From Candidatus Aenigmatarchaeota archaeon (lineage in GTDB: Archaea > Aenigmatarchaeota > Aenigmatarchaeia > CG10238-14 > SCSR01): DNA of 64,000 nt. The position numbers and the translations under genes were made by a program. This document shows, in pieces, positions 28,359 through 38,834 of this stretch (within the stretch, counting starts at the first letter, position 1; every line of letters begins with the position of its first letter). The stretch lies in NCBI GenBank assembly GCA_016181005.1, contig JACPAE010000001.1, positions 90,508-154,507 on the forward strand, read 5' to 3'. Below the pieces are notes generated by a model. That model was not told the origin of the DNA, ran no database searches, and worked only from the letters and a program-made list of their open reading frames with translations.

Positions 28359-29333
28359 TTGTACTATAATATTCACGATATCTTAGGTATAGAATCGAAC
28401 ATAAAGATTTTGCCGGAATTCTTCGAGGGAAAGCCGAAAAATGTTGACATTGTCATAAGGCAGGGTGACTTTGAGTTTGACACATCAAAATATGGCAAGC
28501 TTGGACTGAAATTTTTCGGCGGCAACGACAGGCTTTATCTGGAATATCCGTTCTACGGAAAGCCGATACAAAAGCTTCTAATAAAGGATCTTTTGGGAAA
28601 GAAGACTGAGTTTCTGTTCACCAAATTCACGCATAGCATGTTTGGCGTTGATGCGATTATAGACTTTATCATACAGGCCAAGTTGCTGGAAAAGGGATAC
28701 ACGTTTATCCATTCTGGCGGCCTTACAAAGGGCAACAAAGCATTCATAATAGCTGCATGGTCTGAGATGGGAAAATCGTCTACAATATTCGGTTTGGCTA
28801 GGCAGAATTTCGGCGTCCTTGGAGACGACACCGTTATATTGGGGAAGAATGGAAAAGTATACTCATTCCCAGAGAAAGCTGGAATTTATTTCCACTCGAA
28901 AAATGTTCACAACGTGAGATTGTCGCCGTTCAACAAGATGAAACTTTTCTTCAAATACATGATATCAAAAATGCCACCTTTGTATTTGTACATTGACCCG
29001 AATCTCAGGGTTGATTTGTCCAAACTCCTTCCAATAGAGAAGGGTGGCAAGTTGGAGAAAGTGTATTTCTTGGAATGGGGTGAAGGCAGAGGTAAGATAG
29101 ACAAAGAATCGGCCATAAACAAGACGATTTCGTCCACAATACACTCGTTGTTCAGCAATTTCTTCGCAAAAGAAACATTTTTGGCATACTCGTACCTAAA
29201 CGGCTTGGATACGCAGTTTGTTGAAAAAGGTATGGAGGATGTCTTGAGTTCAGCGCTCAATAAATGTGAAATTTTGCGAAGCACGAAGAAGGATTTTTAC
29301 AAATACTTGCTTGAAGATTATGGCGACAAATAA
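28359..29333 (+). CDS. hypothetical P-loop protein (AWSEMGKSST), possibly HPr-kinase-C-terminal-domain-like
   Basis: 324 aa embedded between GT4 genes. Family assignment is tentative. Confidence 0.35.
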   Translation: MYYNIHDILGIESNIKILPEFFEGKPKNVDIVIRQGDFEFDTSKYGKLGLKFFGGNDRLYLEYPFYGKPIQKLLIKDLLGKKTEFLFTKFTHSMFGVDAIIDFIIQAKLLEKGYTFIHSGGLTKGNKAFIIAAWSEMGKSSTIFGLARQNFGVLGDDTVILGKNGKVYSFPEKAGIYFHSKNVHNVRLSPFNKMKLFFKYMISKMPPLYLYIDPNLRVDLSKLLPIEKGGKLEKVYFLEWGEGRGKIDKESAINKTISSTIHSLFSNFFAKETFLAYSYLNGLDTQFVEKGMEDVLSSALNKCEILRSTKKDFYKYLLEDYGDK

Positions 29334-30408
29334 AATTAGGGTTGGTTTAGTTGCAACGTTTCCGCCGGAGAAAGGTGGAGTCGCTATAATTTCGAAGAAC
29401 CTTTATGGCAATCTTAAAAAAATTTGCCATGTTGTTACAATAGGTCTGAACGACTCGAAGGCAGATTACAAGATATCAGTTACTAGGAACTTCGATAAAG
29501 ATTTGAACAGAATAATTGAAAAGGAGAGACTGGATATTCTTCATGTGCAGTACATAACAAGCGGTAGGTACTTGGGTGTCAGCGGGACTTCCATAACTTC
29601 GCCGTTAAAGACTATCATGGCTAACTTTATGTTTCTAAAATTCCTCAAATTGAGAATACCTAAAGTCGTGACGTTGAGCGAGGTTCACACAAACGTGAGG
29701 AACAACAAGGATCGCATATCAAAATTCTTCGAGAAAATAATTGCGGAAAAATCAGACGGGATAATAGTTTATGAGGAAAGCTTGGAAGAGTCCTTGAAAA
29801 GGAATTGGGGGATTGATGCAGAATACATCCCTCATGGGATAAGGGAGATAAAAACACCTAGAAAAAGCGGGAAAACTATCTTGTTCCAAGGTCTGATAAA
29901 TCCGGAAAAGGGTCTGGAGTATCTCATAGATGCGATGAGATTTCTTCCAGATTTCTCATTGATAATAAAGGGTCAGATCGTGAATCAAAAGTATGCTGAA
30001 ACCCTAAAATCAAGGATAGAATCGAACAAGCTAGACAATGTCAGAATCGAATTCGGGTGGGTGGGAGACAAGGAAAAGGACAGGCTGTATAAAAGTGCAA
30101 GCATTGTAGTTGTGCCTTATGTCTGGGCCCCGTATCCCTCCGGGATTTTGCATGAGGCTATATCTTACAGAATACCGCTAGTAGTCACTGACATACCTTC
30201 ATTAAGCCACATAGTTAACAGGTTCCAATGCGGTGTTGTAGTTAAGACCAGGGATCCTGAGGATATAGCAAATGGTGTGAGAAGAGTTTTTAATAACTAT
30301 GAAAATTACTTGAAAGGATTAGACAGCTATAGAAAGGTTGCAAACTGGAAATCGGTGGCCGAAATGCACATAAAGTTTTACAATAGTCTTCTCGACGCAT
30401 CTAACTGA
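29320..30408 (+). CDS. glycosyltransferase family 4
   Basis: RVGLVATFPPEKGG N-terminus and GT4 C-terminal domain. Internal ATG chosen as start. Confidence 0.75.
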   Translation: MATNKIRVGLVATFPPEKGGVAIISKNLYGNLKKICHVVTIGLNDSKADYKISVTRNFDKDLNRIIEKERLDILHVQYITSGRYLGVSGTSITSPLKTIMANFMFLKFLKLRIPKVVTLSEVHTNVRNNKDRISKFFEKIIAEKSDGIIVYEESLEESLKRNWGIDAEYIPHGIREIKTPRKSGKTILFQGLINPEKGLEYLIDAMRFLPDFSLIIKGQIVNQKYAETLKSRIESNKLDNVRIEFGWVGDKEKDRLYKSASIVVVPYVWAPYPSGILHEAISYRIPLVVTDIPSLSHIVNRFQCGVVVKTRDPEDIANGVRRVFNNYENYLKGLDSYRKVANWKSVAEMHIKFYNSLLDASN

Positions 30409-31351
30409 ATCTATCCATGTTATTGGAATACCACTTATAAGTCAATTTAAGGCCTTCTTCGAAAGGTGTCTCTGGAGACCATTCCAAAAATTTCTTCGCC
30501 TTTTGATTATCGCAGTGTATGAGCATAGGGGATGATAGTTGCTTATTTAACGATGTGTATTCTGCGCCAGAGTGGACTGCTATCTGCATTCCTATGTCGC
30601 CAACTTTTATCTTGCTTCCTGAGGTTATGTTTATCGGGCCTCCTATGAACTCGCTTTCTGCGGCCTTCAAAAATGCGAATACTGTGTCGGCTATATAAGT
30701 GAAATCTCTGATAAATTCGCCGTTCCAAACTTCGATCTTCTTGCTTTTTATCGCCTGTATTATTATGGTCGGTATTATGTAGTCCGAAGCCTGTTTTGGA
30801 CCGAACATGTTCGAAAGACGTAGATAAACAGTGGGTACATTTCTGATTTTACTATATTGTTCGCATAATTCTTCCCCGATTTTTTTGGTTAGGCAGTAAA
30901 CATTTGTTGAGATATCTATAGGATGGTTCTCGTCTATTGGCAGATATTTTGGATTACCATATAGAAGGGTTGATGAAGAAAATACAAGCTTTTTCAAATT
31001 GCTATTTTTTTGTGCGAAATTAAGGACGTTCAAAGTTCCCATGACATTAATTCTGAATGCCAGCTCTGGATTGTCTTGGCACACGCGTGGCTGTCCTATT
31101 GCACCTAAATGAAAAATATGCTCATAGTCTGTTTTCAAGCTATCAAAATCTTCCTTTTTTGATATATCAATATCAACAATTCCTATATTGTCCTTGAACT
31201 CGTCGAGATTTATTGTAGAAGTCTTTCTTATTACATCAAGAGCTGTGACATCAGCCTTTAACGCAACCAATTTCTGGATTATGTGAGATCCGATGAATCC
31301 AGCCCCACCAGTCACCAGAACTTTCTTTCCTTCCCAGTCCATTTTTGTCAC
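30401..31351 (-). CDS. NAD-dependent sugar epimerase/dehydratase (extended SDR)
   Basis: VLVTGGAGFIGSH Rossmann, YxxxK. Confidence 0.85.
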   Translation of the reverse strand: MTKMDWEGKKVLVTGGAGFIGSHIIQKLVALKADVTALDVIRKTSTINLDEFKDNIGIVDIDISKKEDFDSLKTDYEHIFHLGAIGQPRVCQDNPELAFRINVMGTLNVLNFAQKNSNLKKLVFSSSTLLYGNPKYLPIDENHPIDISTNVYCLTKKIGEELCEQYSKIRNVPTVYLRLSNMFGPKQASDYIIPTIIIQAIKSKKIEVWNGEFIRDFTYIADTVFAFLKAAESEFIGGPINITSGSKIKVGDIGMQIAVHSGAEYTSLNKQLSSPMLIHCDNQKAKKFLEWSPETPFEEGLKLTYKWYSNNMDRFS

Positions 31352-31372
31352 ATAATAATTCGCTAAAAATGG

Positions 31373-31762
31373 TTATATTGGTTGCTCCAAATCAATTTCC
31401 GTCCTGAAAGTGTCTTCCTCATACTTTCCACTGTCTCTTGTCTCTGTACTGAACGTGAGGAAAACAGTATCTTCCAATGCCTTGTGAGCATGTATAATCA
31501 TTTGGGGAACTATTTCCAAATCACCAGGAACTAGTATGTGGCTCTTCACAACTGCACCACCATCCAATTCTTTGGTGAATGACTGCATCTTCCCGCTAAC
31601 AATATAGATATATTGCGCAGATTTTTTGTGATAATGTTTGCCTCTTACCGCCCCTGCTTTGGATGCTATTATACCGATATGACTCACTGGTTCCTCAAGT
31701 ATGTCGCTTATTGTTCCCCTCTCGTCGATAAATGCAGGTTTTATCTTTACAATTCTGTACAT
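31373..31762 (-). CDS. cupin-fold protein, FdtA/WxcM-like putative dTDP-4-keto-6-deoxyhexose 3,4-ketoisomerase
   Basis: 129 aa with HYHK and a His pair in a cupin context. Confidence 0.5.
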   Translation of the reverse strand: MYRIVKIKPAFIDERGTISDILEEPVSHIGIIASKAGAVRGKHYHKKSAQYIYIVSGKMQSFTKELDGGAVVKSHILVPGDLEIVPQMIIHAHKALEDTVFLTFSTETRDSGKYEEDTFRTEIDLEQPI

Positions 31763-31822
31763 GAAGCATCTATTGTTAATAGAATCAATTAACTTTATAT
31801 CTTATAGGGAAAACTGTTTATA

Positions 31823-32593
31823 ATGGTTAAAGCGCTTTCAGAAGAACTTGTTGCAGTCATTACAGGAGGTGGCAAAGGGATAGGTAAATCCATTGCTCAG
31901 GAGCTGGCGAAAACTGGGGCACATATCGTAATTTGTGCAAGAAATGAGGATGACTTGAAGAAAGTATGTGAAGATATTAGAAGGTCCAATGGAAAGTGTG
32001 ATTATAATGTGGTTGATGTAACCAGCAAGCAAGATGTTGAGAAGTTTGTTGAAAGCGTGATTATGAAATATGGGAGGATAGATGTTTTGGTTAATAATGC
32101 TGGATTTGCAAACGGTAAGAAATACATAGAATCTGTCACCGATGATGAGTATGAGAATTATTTCGAAACCAATGTTCACTCTGTATTTTATTTCCTAAGA
32201 AAGGTTATACCTGAGATGAAAAGTCAAAATAGTGGTTTGATAATAAATGTATCTTCACAATCTGGGCTACATGCAAGCCCAATAATGCCGATTTATTCAG
32301 CCAATAAATTTGCAATTGAAGCCTTTACCGAAGCAGTTGCGAAAGAGTTTGAAGAGTCTGGCTGCAATGCTAAGTGTATTGCTATATGCCCTTCTGGCGT
32401 GAATACGGAAATGCGAGTCAAGTTGTTCGGTTTGGAGGATGCTAAATTACAGCAGTCACCAGATGTAGTGGGAAAAGTTGTAAGTGATATTGTTTTAACG
32501 AAAATAGACGTACCTAATGGTGCCAATGTGCATATCAGAAACGGTTCTGTCGCTAAAATAGATGATGTCCTATATGACTGGAGATCTAAATGA
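31823..32593 (+). CDS. short-chain dehydrogenase/reductase (SDR)
   Basis: TGGGKGIGKSIA glycine motif, NNAG, and YSANK catalytic dyad. Confidence 0.85.
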   Translation: MVKALSEELVAVITGGGKGIGKSIAQELAKTGAHIVICARNEDDLKKVCEDIRRSNGKCDYNVVDVTSKQDVEKFVESVIMKYGRIDVLVNNAGFANGKKYIESVTDDEYENYFETNVHSVFYFLRKVIPEMKSQNSGLIINVSSQSGLHASPIMPIYSANKFAIEAFTEAVAKEFEESGCNAKCIAICPSGVNTEMRVKLFGLEDAKLQQSPDVVGKVVSDIVLTKIDVPNGANVHIRNGSVAKIDDVLYDWRSK

Positions 32594-33405
32594 TTCTTAA
32601 CAAATTATTTGTCTTTATTACGAGATTCAAAGACGGTTATACCTTCTTTGATAAGATAAAAATCTTTTTCCATAATGTTTTGTACATAATTCTGTATCCG
32701 ATAAACACGATTTCATTTCTTCTTTCGAGAAGGCACCTTTTACATCCTCGAGTGTTCTTTTCAGGTTTCGTAATTAAAAACTCCGATGGTACATTTTACT
32801 GCCGTGACAATGTTGATATGGATATAGTTTCAGAAAGGTTTGAGAGCGATTTAAGAAGATATTTCAAAGGCTTTAAAAGAGGGACATTTATAGATGTAGG
32901 TTCCAACATCGGGAAATACACTGTAATGATAGGGAGAGGAGGCAAGGTAAAAGTAGTCTCGATAGAACCTGAGAAAGATAATTTTCGTGCGTTAAAGAAA
33001 AACTTGGATTTGAACAACTGTAGAAATGTATTGGCTGTCAACATGGCTGCATGGAAAGAAAGAGGTGAGATAAAGTTATTCGAACATGAGGGTCAAGGTG
33101 TCTTGGCTTCTGCCACAAAACCATCTGAGACTTATACCACCGTACGTGCAGATTCAATTGATAACATCATTAATGATAACAACATCAGTGATGTAGATTT
33201 TGTAAAAATAGATGTAGAAGGCGCAGAACCTGAAGTATTGAAAGGGATGAAAAACATCCTTAGTGCTGGTAACACCAAGATAATTTTTGAAGCTTGGGAC
33301 GAAGAACATTTTAGAAAATGTATGAAGATATTGGACAAATATCGTTATGTTGCTAAAAGAATAGGCAAAATCTATTGGTTTGCGACCAAACCTAGGACTC
33401 GATAA
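32590..33405 (+). CDS. FkbM-family SAM-dependent methyltransferase
   Basis: DVGSNIGKYT and FVKIDVEGAEPEVL. Confidence 0.75.
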   Translation: MILNKLFVFITRFKDGYTFFDKIKIFFHNVLYIILYPINTISFLLSRRHLLHPRVFFSGFVIKNSDGTFYCRDNVDMDIVSERFESDLRRYFKGFKRGTFIDVGSNIGKYTVMIGRGGKVKVVSIEPEKDNFRALKKNLDLNNCRNVLAVNMAAWKERGEIKLFEHEGQGVLASATKPSETYTTVRADSIDNIINDNNISDVDFVKIDVEGAEPEVLKGMKNILSAGNTKIIFEAWDEEHFRKCMKILDKYRYVAKRIGKIYWFATKPRTR

Positions 33406-34606
33406 CACTAGGCTCTGGTATTGGTATTATAATCTTACCTTTGTATCCCTTGTTCCTTATTTTCGGTATTATGTCATCCTTTATATTCCATGGTAACATT
33501 ACTGCATATTCCGGTTGATCTTTTACCATTTCTGATTCATCAAAAATTTTTATATGCATACCGGGAGAATACTTATTGGCTTTAGACATATTTGTTTCTA
33601 CAAGATAGTCGAGTAAGTTAGAGTCGATTTTGCAAAAGTTCAGCAACGTTGTGCTTTTCGCAGGGGCTCCAATGCCGATTATTCGGTGTCCTTTTGATTT
33701 CAAGTCATGCAGTAGGTTCCTCAATTTTATCCTGGTTTCGTTCACACGTTTCCTAAAGTTTTCAAATGACTCTTTTGTATTTAAGCCCTTTTCCTGTTCA
33801 AGAATAGTTGCGACAGAATCCTTTATTGTATGTACACCTCTCTTACATGCAAAAACTAATATTGAACCTCCTTGGTTTTGAGTCCTTTCAGCATGAAAGA
33901 CATCCATGCCAAATCTCTTGAACAAATTAATCAAGGCTTCCAACGAATAGTACCTCAGATGCTCGTGGTATATTTCGTCGTATTGTAGTTTTTCAACCAT
34001 GTCTAGAAGATAGTGCGACTCTGTGATGAACACTCCAGAATCTTCAAGGAGCATTTTCACGCCATTGATTAATGATGCCAGCTCTTTTACATGAGCAAAC
34101 ACGTTCAAGCCTGTTATGATTTTTGCCTTTCCATGATTTTTAAGAATATCTTTTGCCAAATTCTCATCGAAAAACTCATTTATGGTAGGTATTCCCTTTT
34201 CTATTGAAACCTTTGCTACACTGGATGGATCTACGCCCAGAATCTTGACATTGTGGGGTATGTAGTTTTCTAACAATGTCCCATCATTTGAGCCTACGTC
34301 TATAACAAAGTCGTTTTCTTTCAGGTTATATTCCTTTATCAGCCTGTCTACAAGCATATTGGCGTGCTTGACGAAAACCTTGTTTGATGACGACATGTAA
34401 ACATAATGATCTGTGAACAGTGCCTTTGGGTCGACTGTATTGCTCAATTGTACAAGCTTGCAGTCTTCACAGTATACGGCCTTCAAGGGATAGAAAATTT
34501 CCTCTTTGTTCAATCTTTCATCAGACAAGAAATCGTCGCTGGGTGGATGATGTCCTAAATCCAAAACAGTGTAAAGCCTATTGCCAGAACATACTTGGCA
34601 TTTCAT
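33392..34606 (-). CDS. TylC3/TcaB9-like NDP-sugar C-methyltransferase (Zn-binding N-domain + class I MTase + C-methyltransferase C-domain)
   Basis: CQVCSGNRLYTVLDLGHHPPSDDF...YCEDCKLVQL...YVYMSSSN and VIDVGSNDGTLL. Confidence 0.7.
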   Translation of the reverse strand: MKCQVCSGNRLYTVLDLGHHPPSDDFLSDERLNKEEIFYPLKAVYCEDCKLVQLSNTVDPKALFTDHYVYMSSSNKVFVKHANMLVDRLIKEYNLKENDFVIDVGSNDGTLLENYIPHNVKILGVDPSSVAKVSIEKGIPTINEFFDENLAKDILKNHGKAKIITGLNVFAHVKELASLINGVKMLLEDSGVFITESHYLLDMVEKLQYDEIYHEHLRYYSLEALINLFKRFGMDVFHAERTQNQGGSILVFACKRGVHTIKDSVATILEQEKGLNTKESFENFRKRVNETRIKLRNLLHDLKSKGHRIIGIGAPAKSTTLLNFCKIDSNLLDYLVETNMSKANKYSPGMHIKIFDESEMVKDQPEYAVMLPWNIKDDIIPKIRNKGYKGKIIIPIPEPSVIES

Positions 34607-34700
34607 AGTATAATCTATACTGGAAAAGGCTTTAAATCTCTTGATGCCGTTAAAATATTAAACCTTGTTCTAGAAAGGTAATATTCAGGGAAAGGTAAAA

Positions 34701-36293
34701 ATGAGGTTTGATCTGACGTCAAAGGACTTTATAGCAGTCCTATTGATCCTAATAGTCTTTGTGTTCGTCCTTGAAACTACGAGCATGATTAAATCGAACG
34801 TAATTTTTGGCGACGAGGGCTTTCACGCCGGTCTGGCCAAGTGGATTTCAGAAAATAAGGAGTATCCTAAATGGAACCCTCTAGGATATACAAACGTTTT
34901 CAAGACTGGATATTCAAGACCGCCTCTATTCAACATTTTGGAGGCAGGATTTCTTTTTGTACTTGGAAATCATGAAATAGTTCTTAAGATATTATCTCCG
35001 ATTATAGCTGCACTTATAGGCATCTCATTCTATATTCTAATCAAAAACTTGTACAATAAGGAAATAGGTTTTATTGCCACTCTGATTTTCATAGGATTTC
35101 CTTCATTTGTAACTTATAGCCTGTTGGTGTTTGATGAAATTCTCTTTGTGTTTTACATGGTGCTGTTTATGCTGACGCTTTCTATGGGTGTGAAGACTGG
35201 CAACAACAAGTATTGGCTACTGTCCGGCATCTTTGGTGGATTGGGTATGCTAACTAAGAATGCAGGTATAATGGTCCCATTATTTCTATCGCTTGCTTTC
35301 CTGTATCTGGTGATAAAAGAAAAGGATTTGAAACTTTATGTAAAGAAGTTTTTGTTTCTTTTAATCATAATTGCTTTGGTTTTCGGACCTTTCGTATTAA
35401 GGAACTTGGAACTTTATAACACTATTGCATGCTACGAAATACCGTTCGCCCCAATAGACCAAAGCGGATGTGATCTCAAAACCTTTGAGGAAGTGAGAGC
35501 ATTTGATGTTAGGAATCTGTCTGGAAGCACAGAGTCTGATATATTGAAGGTTGGGTTAGTTAGTTTTGTTGACTTTGCTTACGGGAACTATTGGTTTGTT
35601 TTAGTTGGTTTGTTCGGGGGGTTTGCACTCTTTCTAACCCAGCAGAATAAGGTTAATTCTCTGTTTCTAATCATGCTTTTTCTAGTTATATTCATTATTT
35701 ATGGTTCTTACAGCAGAGCAGAAGATGTTGCAAGGCAGATACTTTTCTGGTCTGGCATACTTGCCTTGATAAGTGCCGTGTACTGGGGTGAAATATACAA
35801 ACTGTTGGAAAAATATAACAAATATCTTGGTATTGTAATACTTGTTGCTATTGTTTTCCTTTCTTACCAAAACATAACTGAAAAGGTTAAGACCATGGAG
35901 AACGCCAAGCGATTTTCTCCTGAATTTTTCCAAGCATGTGATTGGGTTAAATCCAATTTATCAAAAGATATTATACTGATGACGTTTTGGGGATACAGAG
36001 CATCTTACAGCTGTGAGAGAATTATAAGTCCGGGATGGGCTGATATAAGACTGAACGATGATCCGGCAGACATTGTAAGAGTTGCTGAAATGCATGGAAT
36101 AACGCATTTCTTCATACAAAAATTCAGCATAACACAAGAGCCATCTAGAGAAAGTTATTCTGTCGCTTTCGTGAAATTGCTTGAGGACAATCCGGACAAA
36201 TTCGAGAAATTATATGAAAACGGACCACCATTTGACCAGTGTCTGCAGCAGGGGCTCTGCAACGGTAATATCATTTATAAAGTAGTCTATTGA
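34701..36293 (+). CDS. GT39/ArnT-like membrane glycosyltransferase (PMT_2 family)
   Basis: 530 aa with about 11 TM helices and an N-terminal DE-containing loop. Confidence 0.6.
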   Translation: MRFDLTSKDFIAVLLILIVFVFVLETTSMIKSNVIFGDEGFHAGLAKWISENKEYPKWNPLGYTNVFKTGYSRPPLFNILEAGFLFVLGNHEIVLKILSPIIAALIGISFYILIKNLYNKEIGFIATLIFIGFPSFVTYSLLVFDEILFVFYMVLFMLTLSMGVKTGNNKYWLLSGIFGGLGMLTKNAGIMVPLFLSLAFLYLVIKEKDLKLYVKKFLFLLIIIALVFGPFVLRNLELYNTIACYEIPFAPIDQSGCDLKTFEEVRAFDVRNLSGSTESDILKVGLVSFVDFAYGNYWFVLVGLFGGFALFLTQQNKVNSLFLIMLFLVIFIIYGSYSRAEDVARQILFWSGILALISAVYWGEIYKLLEKYNKYLGIVILVAIVFLSYQNITEKVKTMENAKRFSPEFFQACDWVKSNLSKDIILMTFWGYRASYSCERIISPGWADIRLNDDPADIVRVAEMHGITHFFIQKFSITQEPSRESYSVAFVKLLEDNPDKFEKLYENGPPFDQCLQQGLCNGNIIYKVVY

Positions 36294-37318
36294 TTACTGA
36301 TAATATGATAACTATAATTGCTGGGGTTCTTGTTTCCTTTTTTGTAACTTGGTTTCTTACACCATTTCTAATCAATTACTTTAAGAATGTGGGTATTGTA
36401 GGCATAGACCAACATAAAAAGGACAAGCCTATTTTACCTTCTTCAGGAGGAATTTCTGTCGCAATTGGCATACTATGTGGACTGTTGACATTTGTCGGCT
36501 TGGAGACATTTCTTTTCGGCATATCCGGTGACATCCTAAGCCTGCTTGCGATAACATCATCTATACTAATAGTTACTTTGGTCGGACTATTTGACGATTT
36601 GAATGTAGCCTCGAAAAGGGTTATTGTAAAGGACATGAAAGAAATAAGGATTGGTCTGCCTCAATGGGCAAAGCCTTTGTTGACATTACCAGCTGCAATA
36701 CCTCTTATGGTTATAAGTGCTGGGAACTCCCATATCAACTTGCCATTGATAGGATTGATTGATGTGGGCATCCTATATCCACTTGTCCTGATACCTATTG
36801 GCATCGTAGGTGCCAGCAACGCGGTGAATATGTTGGGCGGTTTCAACGGTGTAGAGGCCGGTATGGGTATTTTTTACATGCTGGGTTTGGGTATGTTTGC
36901 CCTTCTTACACACAATGATATTGCTGTGCTGTTTTTCATAGCAACTGCCGCCCTTTTGGCATTTATAAGATTCAATTGGTACCCAGCCAGAATACTTCCA
37001 GGCGATTCTATGACATATCTTCTTGGATCTGTTTTAGCGGCTGGTGTAATAGTCGGCAACATGGAAAGGTTTGGTATTATACTGATGCTGCCGTTTTTGG
37101 TCGAGTTTGTTTTAAAGCTAAGATCCGGATTCAAGGCAACCAGTCTTGGGAAGCTAAGAAAGGATGGCGCTATAGAGAATATATATGGCAGTAAAATCTA
37201 CAGCCTGACGCACATTGTTATGAATATTGGGAGATTTGGGGAACGTAGCATAACTGTAATACTTGTTTCGCTCGAAATTTTACTTGTTCTCATTGTTCTT
37301 GGTGTTTATCTTCTTTAG
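36290..37318 (+). CDS. polyprenyl/dolichyl-phosphate hexose-1-phosphate transferase (MraY/WecA/GPT family, AglH-like)
   Basis: DDLNVAS and NAVNMLGGFNGVEAG motifs in a polytopic protein. Confidence 0.75.
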   Translation: MITDNMITIIAGVLVSFFVTWFLTPFLINYFKNVGIVGIDQHKKDKPILPSSGGISVAIGILCGLLTFVGLETFLFGISGDILSLLAITSSILIVTLVGLFDDLNVASKRVIVKDMKEIRIGLPQWAKPLLTLPAAIPLMVISAGNSHINLPLIGLIDVGILYPLVLIPIGIVGASNAVNMLGGFNGVEAGMGIFYMLGLGMFALLTHNDIAVLFFIATAALLAFIRFNWYPARILPGDSMTYLLGSVLAAGVIVGNMERFGIILMLPFLVEFVLKLRSGFKATSLGKLRKDGAIENIYGSKIYSLTHIVMNIGRFGERSITVILVSLEILLVLIVLGVYLL

Positions 37319-38812
37319 AAGAAGCTTCTTAACCTCTTTCAGATATTTTGAAGATTTGGGGAATTTTTCCGATAGAACGTCTATTGTTTTTATGTCGTTT
37401 TCATTATAGAATTTCAGAAAGTATAAAATTACAAAATGGGACAAGGTGAATATAACTGACAATATGCCGCCTATTATAAGGTTTGGAATGAAAAATGATG
37501 TTAAATAAAGTATCCCATACACTATGAACGCACTCAGCAATATTTTTACAACATATGGAAAGTCTATTTTGAAATTGATGTACTTTTTCAGATAGTAAAG
37601 GCTTATTCCAACCATTAGAAGAGTTGACATGAGATAAGCCAAGGCTGTTCCAAGTATTGAAAAGTAGTGTGTTAGTGTTACTGAAGTTATTATATAGAAT
37701 GCTGTAGACACCACAGCTATATTTTGGAATGTTTTCATCCTGCCTATAGCATATAGAGTTCTTGACAAAAGTGTGCCTATGCCGAAAAACAAAGCTGCCG
37801 TGATTAGTATCGGCACTATATTTGAGGCTGGGAAAAATTCCGCTCGTCCTATAAGGTAAATCAATTTTCTAGGAAATATTGAAACGAAAAACAAAATTGG
37901 GAGAGCTATTAGTAGAGAGTATCTGAGTGCAATGTTGAGTAGAAAGCTTTGTTGCTTTACAAGCTCCTTTTTCGCAGAAAGTCTCGAGGAGATAGGAAAC
38001 AATGCATCAGACAATATTCTTGGTATGAAGTATATTTGTGTTGATAATATCATACCAACCGCGAAAAGACCTGTAGCATACGGCGATTGTAAGATTGATA
38101 CTATAAGATACTGTCCATTAAACAGCATCATCCAAAACAGCTGAGTTATAAAAGACGGTACCGCATGCTCCCTTAGACTTTTCAAATCTGGAATTTTGAA
38201 TTTTGTGACGAAAAGTTTCAACGTGCCCATCCTCAACAAGAATATGCTGATAGAACCAACAAGATACCCTATAAGGAAGCCGAATATTTTGAATCCAAAA
38301 AATGCAAGTACTCCCGCAGTTAGAAACTTTATAGAATCTCCTAGCATGGCGGAAATGGCCAAGTATTTGATTTTTTGATAACCTCTTAAAATGCCCGCTA
38401 AGAAAAATGACATTGAAATGGGTAAGAGCATTGCAATGCTAAAGAATAAAACATTTTGAGGTATCTTTATGAAAGCGGCTATCTCATTTGAAAAAAGAAA
38501 TATTCCAAGTATGGAGACTATGTTGAAAATAGTTGTCAAAATCAGCGTGAAGAATAGTACCGACTTTAGATACTCGAGTTGATTCTTTCCAAGATAGTAT
38601 GCTGTCAACCTTTGTATTGTGTTCTCCATACCGAAAATAAGAAGGGCTGATACCATTGAAGCGAAGTTGAATGCAATAGCCAATATCCCAAGCTGATCAG
38701 GAAGCAAAGTTTTTGCCGCAAGAAGTTGGAAGAGAAAATTTAATATTATTGAACTTATCCAAGAAATGAAAAGCCAGACTGTATGTGAAACTAGACTCCT
38801 TTTCACTTCCAT
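37280..38812 (-). CDS. oligosaccharide flippase (MOP/Wzx family)
   Basis: 510 aa with about 14 TM helices. Confidence 0.75.
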   Translation of the reverse strand: MEVKRSLVSHTVWLFISWISSIILNFLFQLLAAKTLLPDQLGILAIAFNFASMVSALLIFGMENTIQRLTAYYLGKNQLEYLKSVLFFTLILTTIFNIVSILGIFLFSNEIAAFIKIPQNVLFFSIAMLLPISMSFFLAGILRGYQKIKYLAISAMLGDSIKFLTAGVLAFFGFKIFGFLIGYLVGSISIFLLRMGTLKLFVTKFKIPDLKSLREHAVPSFITQLFWMMLFNGQYLIVSILQSPYATGLFAVGMILSTQIYFIPRILSDALFPISSRLSAKKELVKQQSFLLNIALRYSLLIALPILFFVSIFPRKLIYLIGRAEFFPASNIVPILITAALFFGIGTLLSRTLYAIGRMKTFQNIAVVSTAFYIITSVTLTHYFSILGTALAYLMSTLLMVGISLYYLKKYINFKIDFPYVVKILLSAFIVYGILYLTSFFIPNLIIGGILSVIFTLSHFVILYFLKFYNENDIKTIDVLSEKFPKSSKYLKEVKKLLLKKINTKNNENK

Positions 38813-38834
38813 TATAGAACCGCCGTATTGGAAT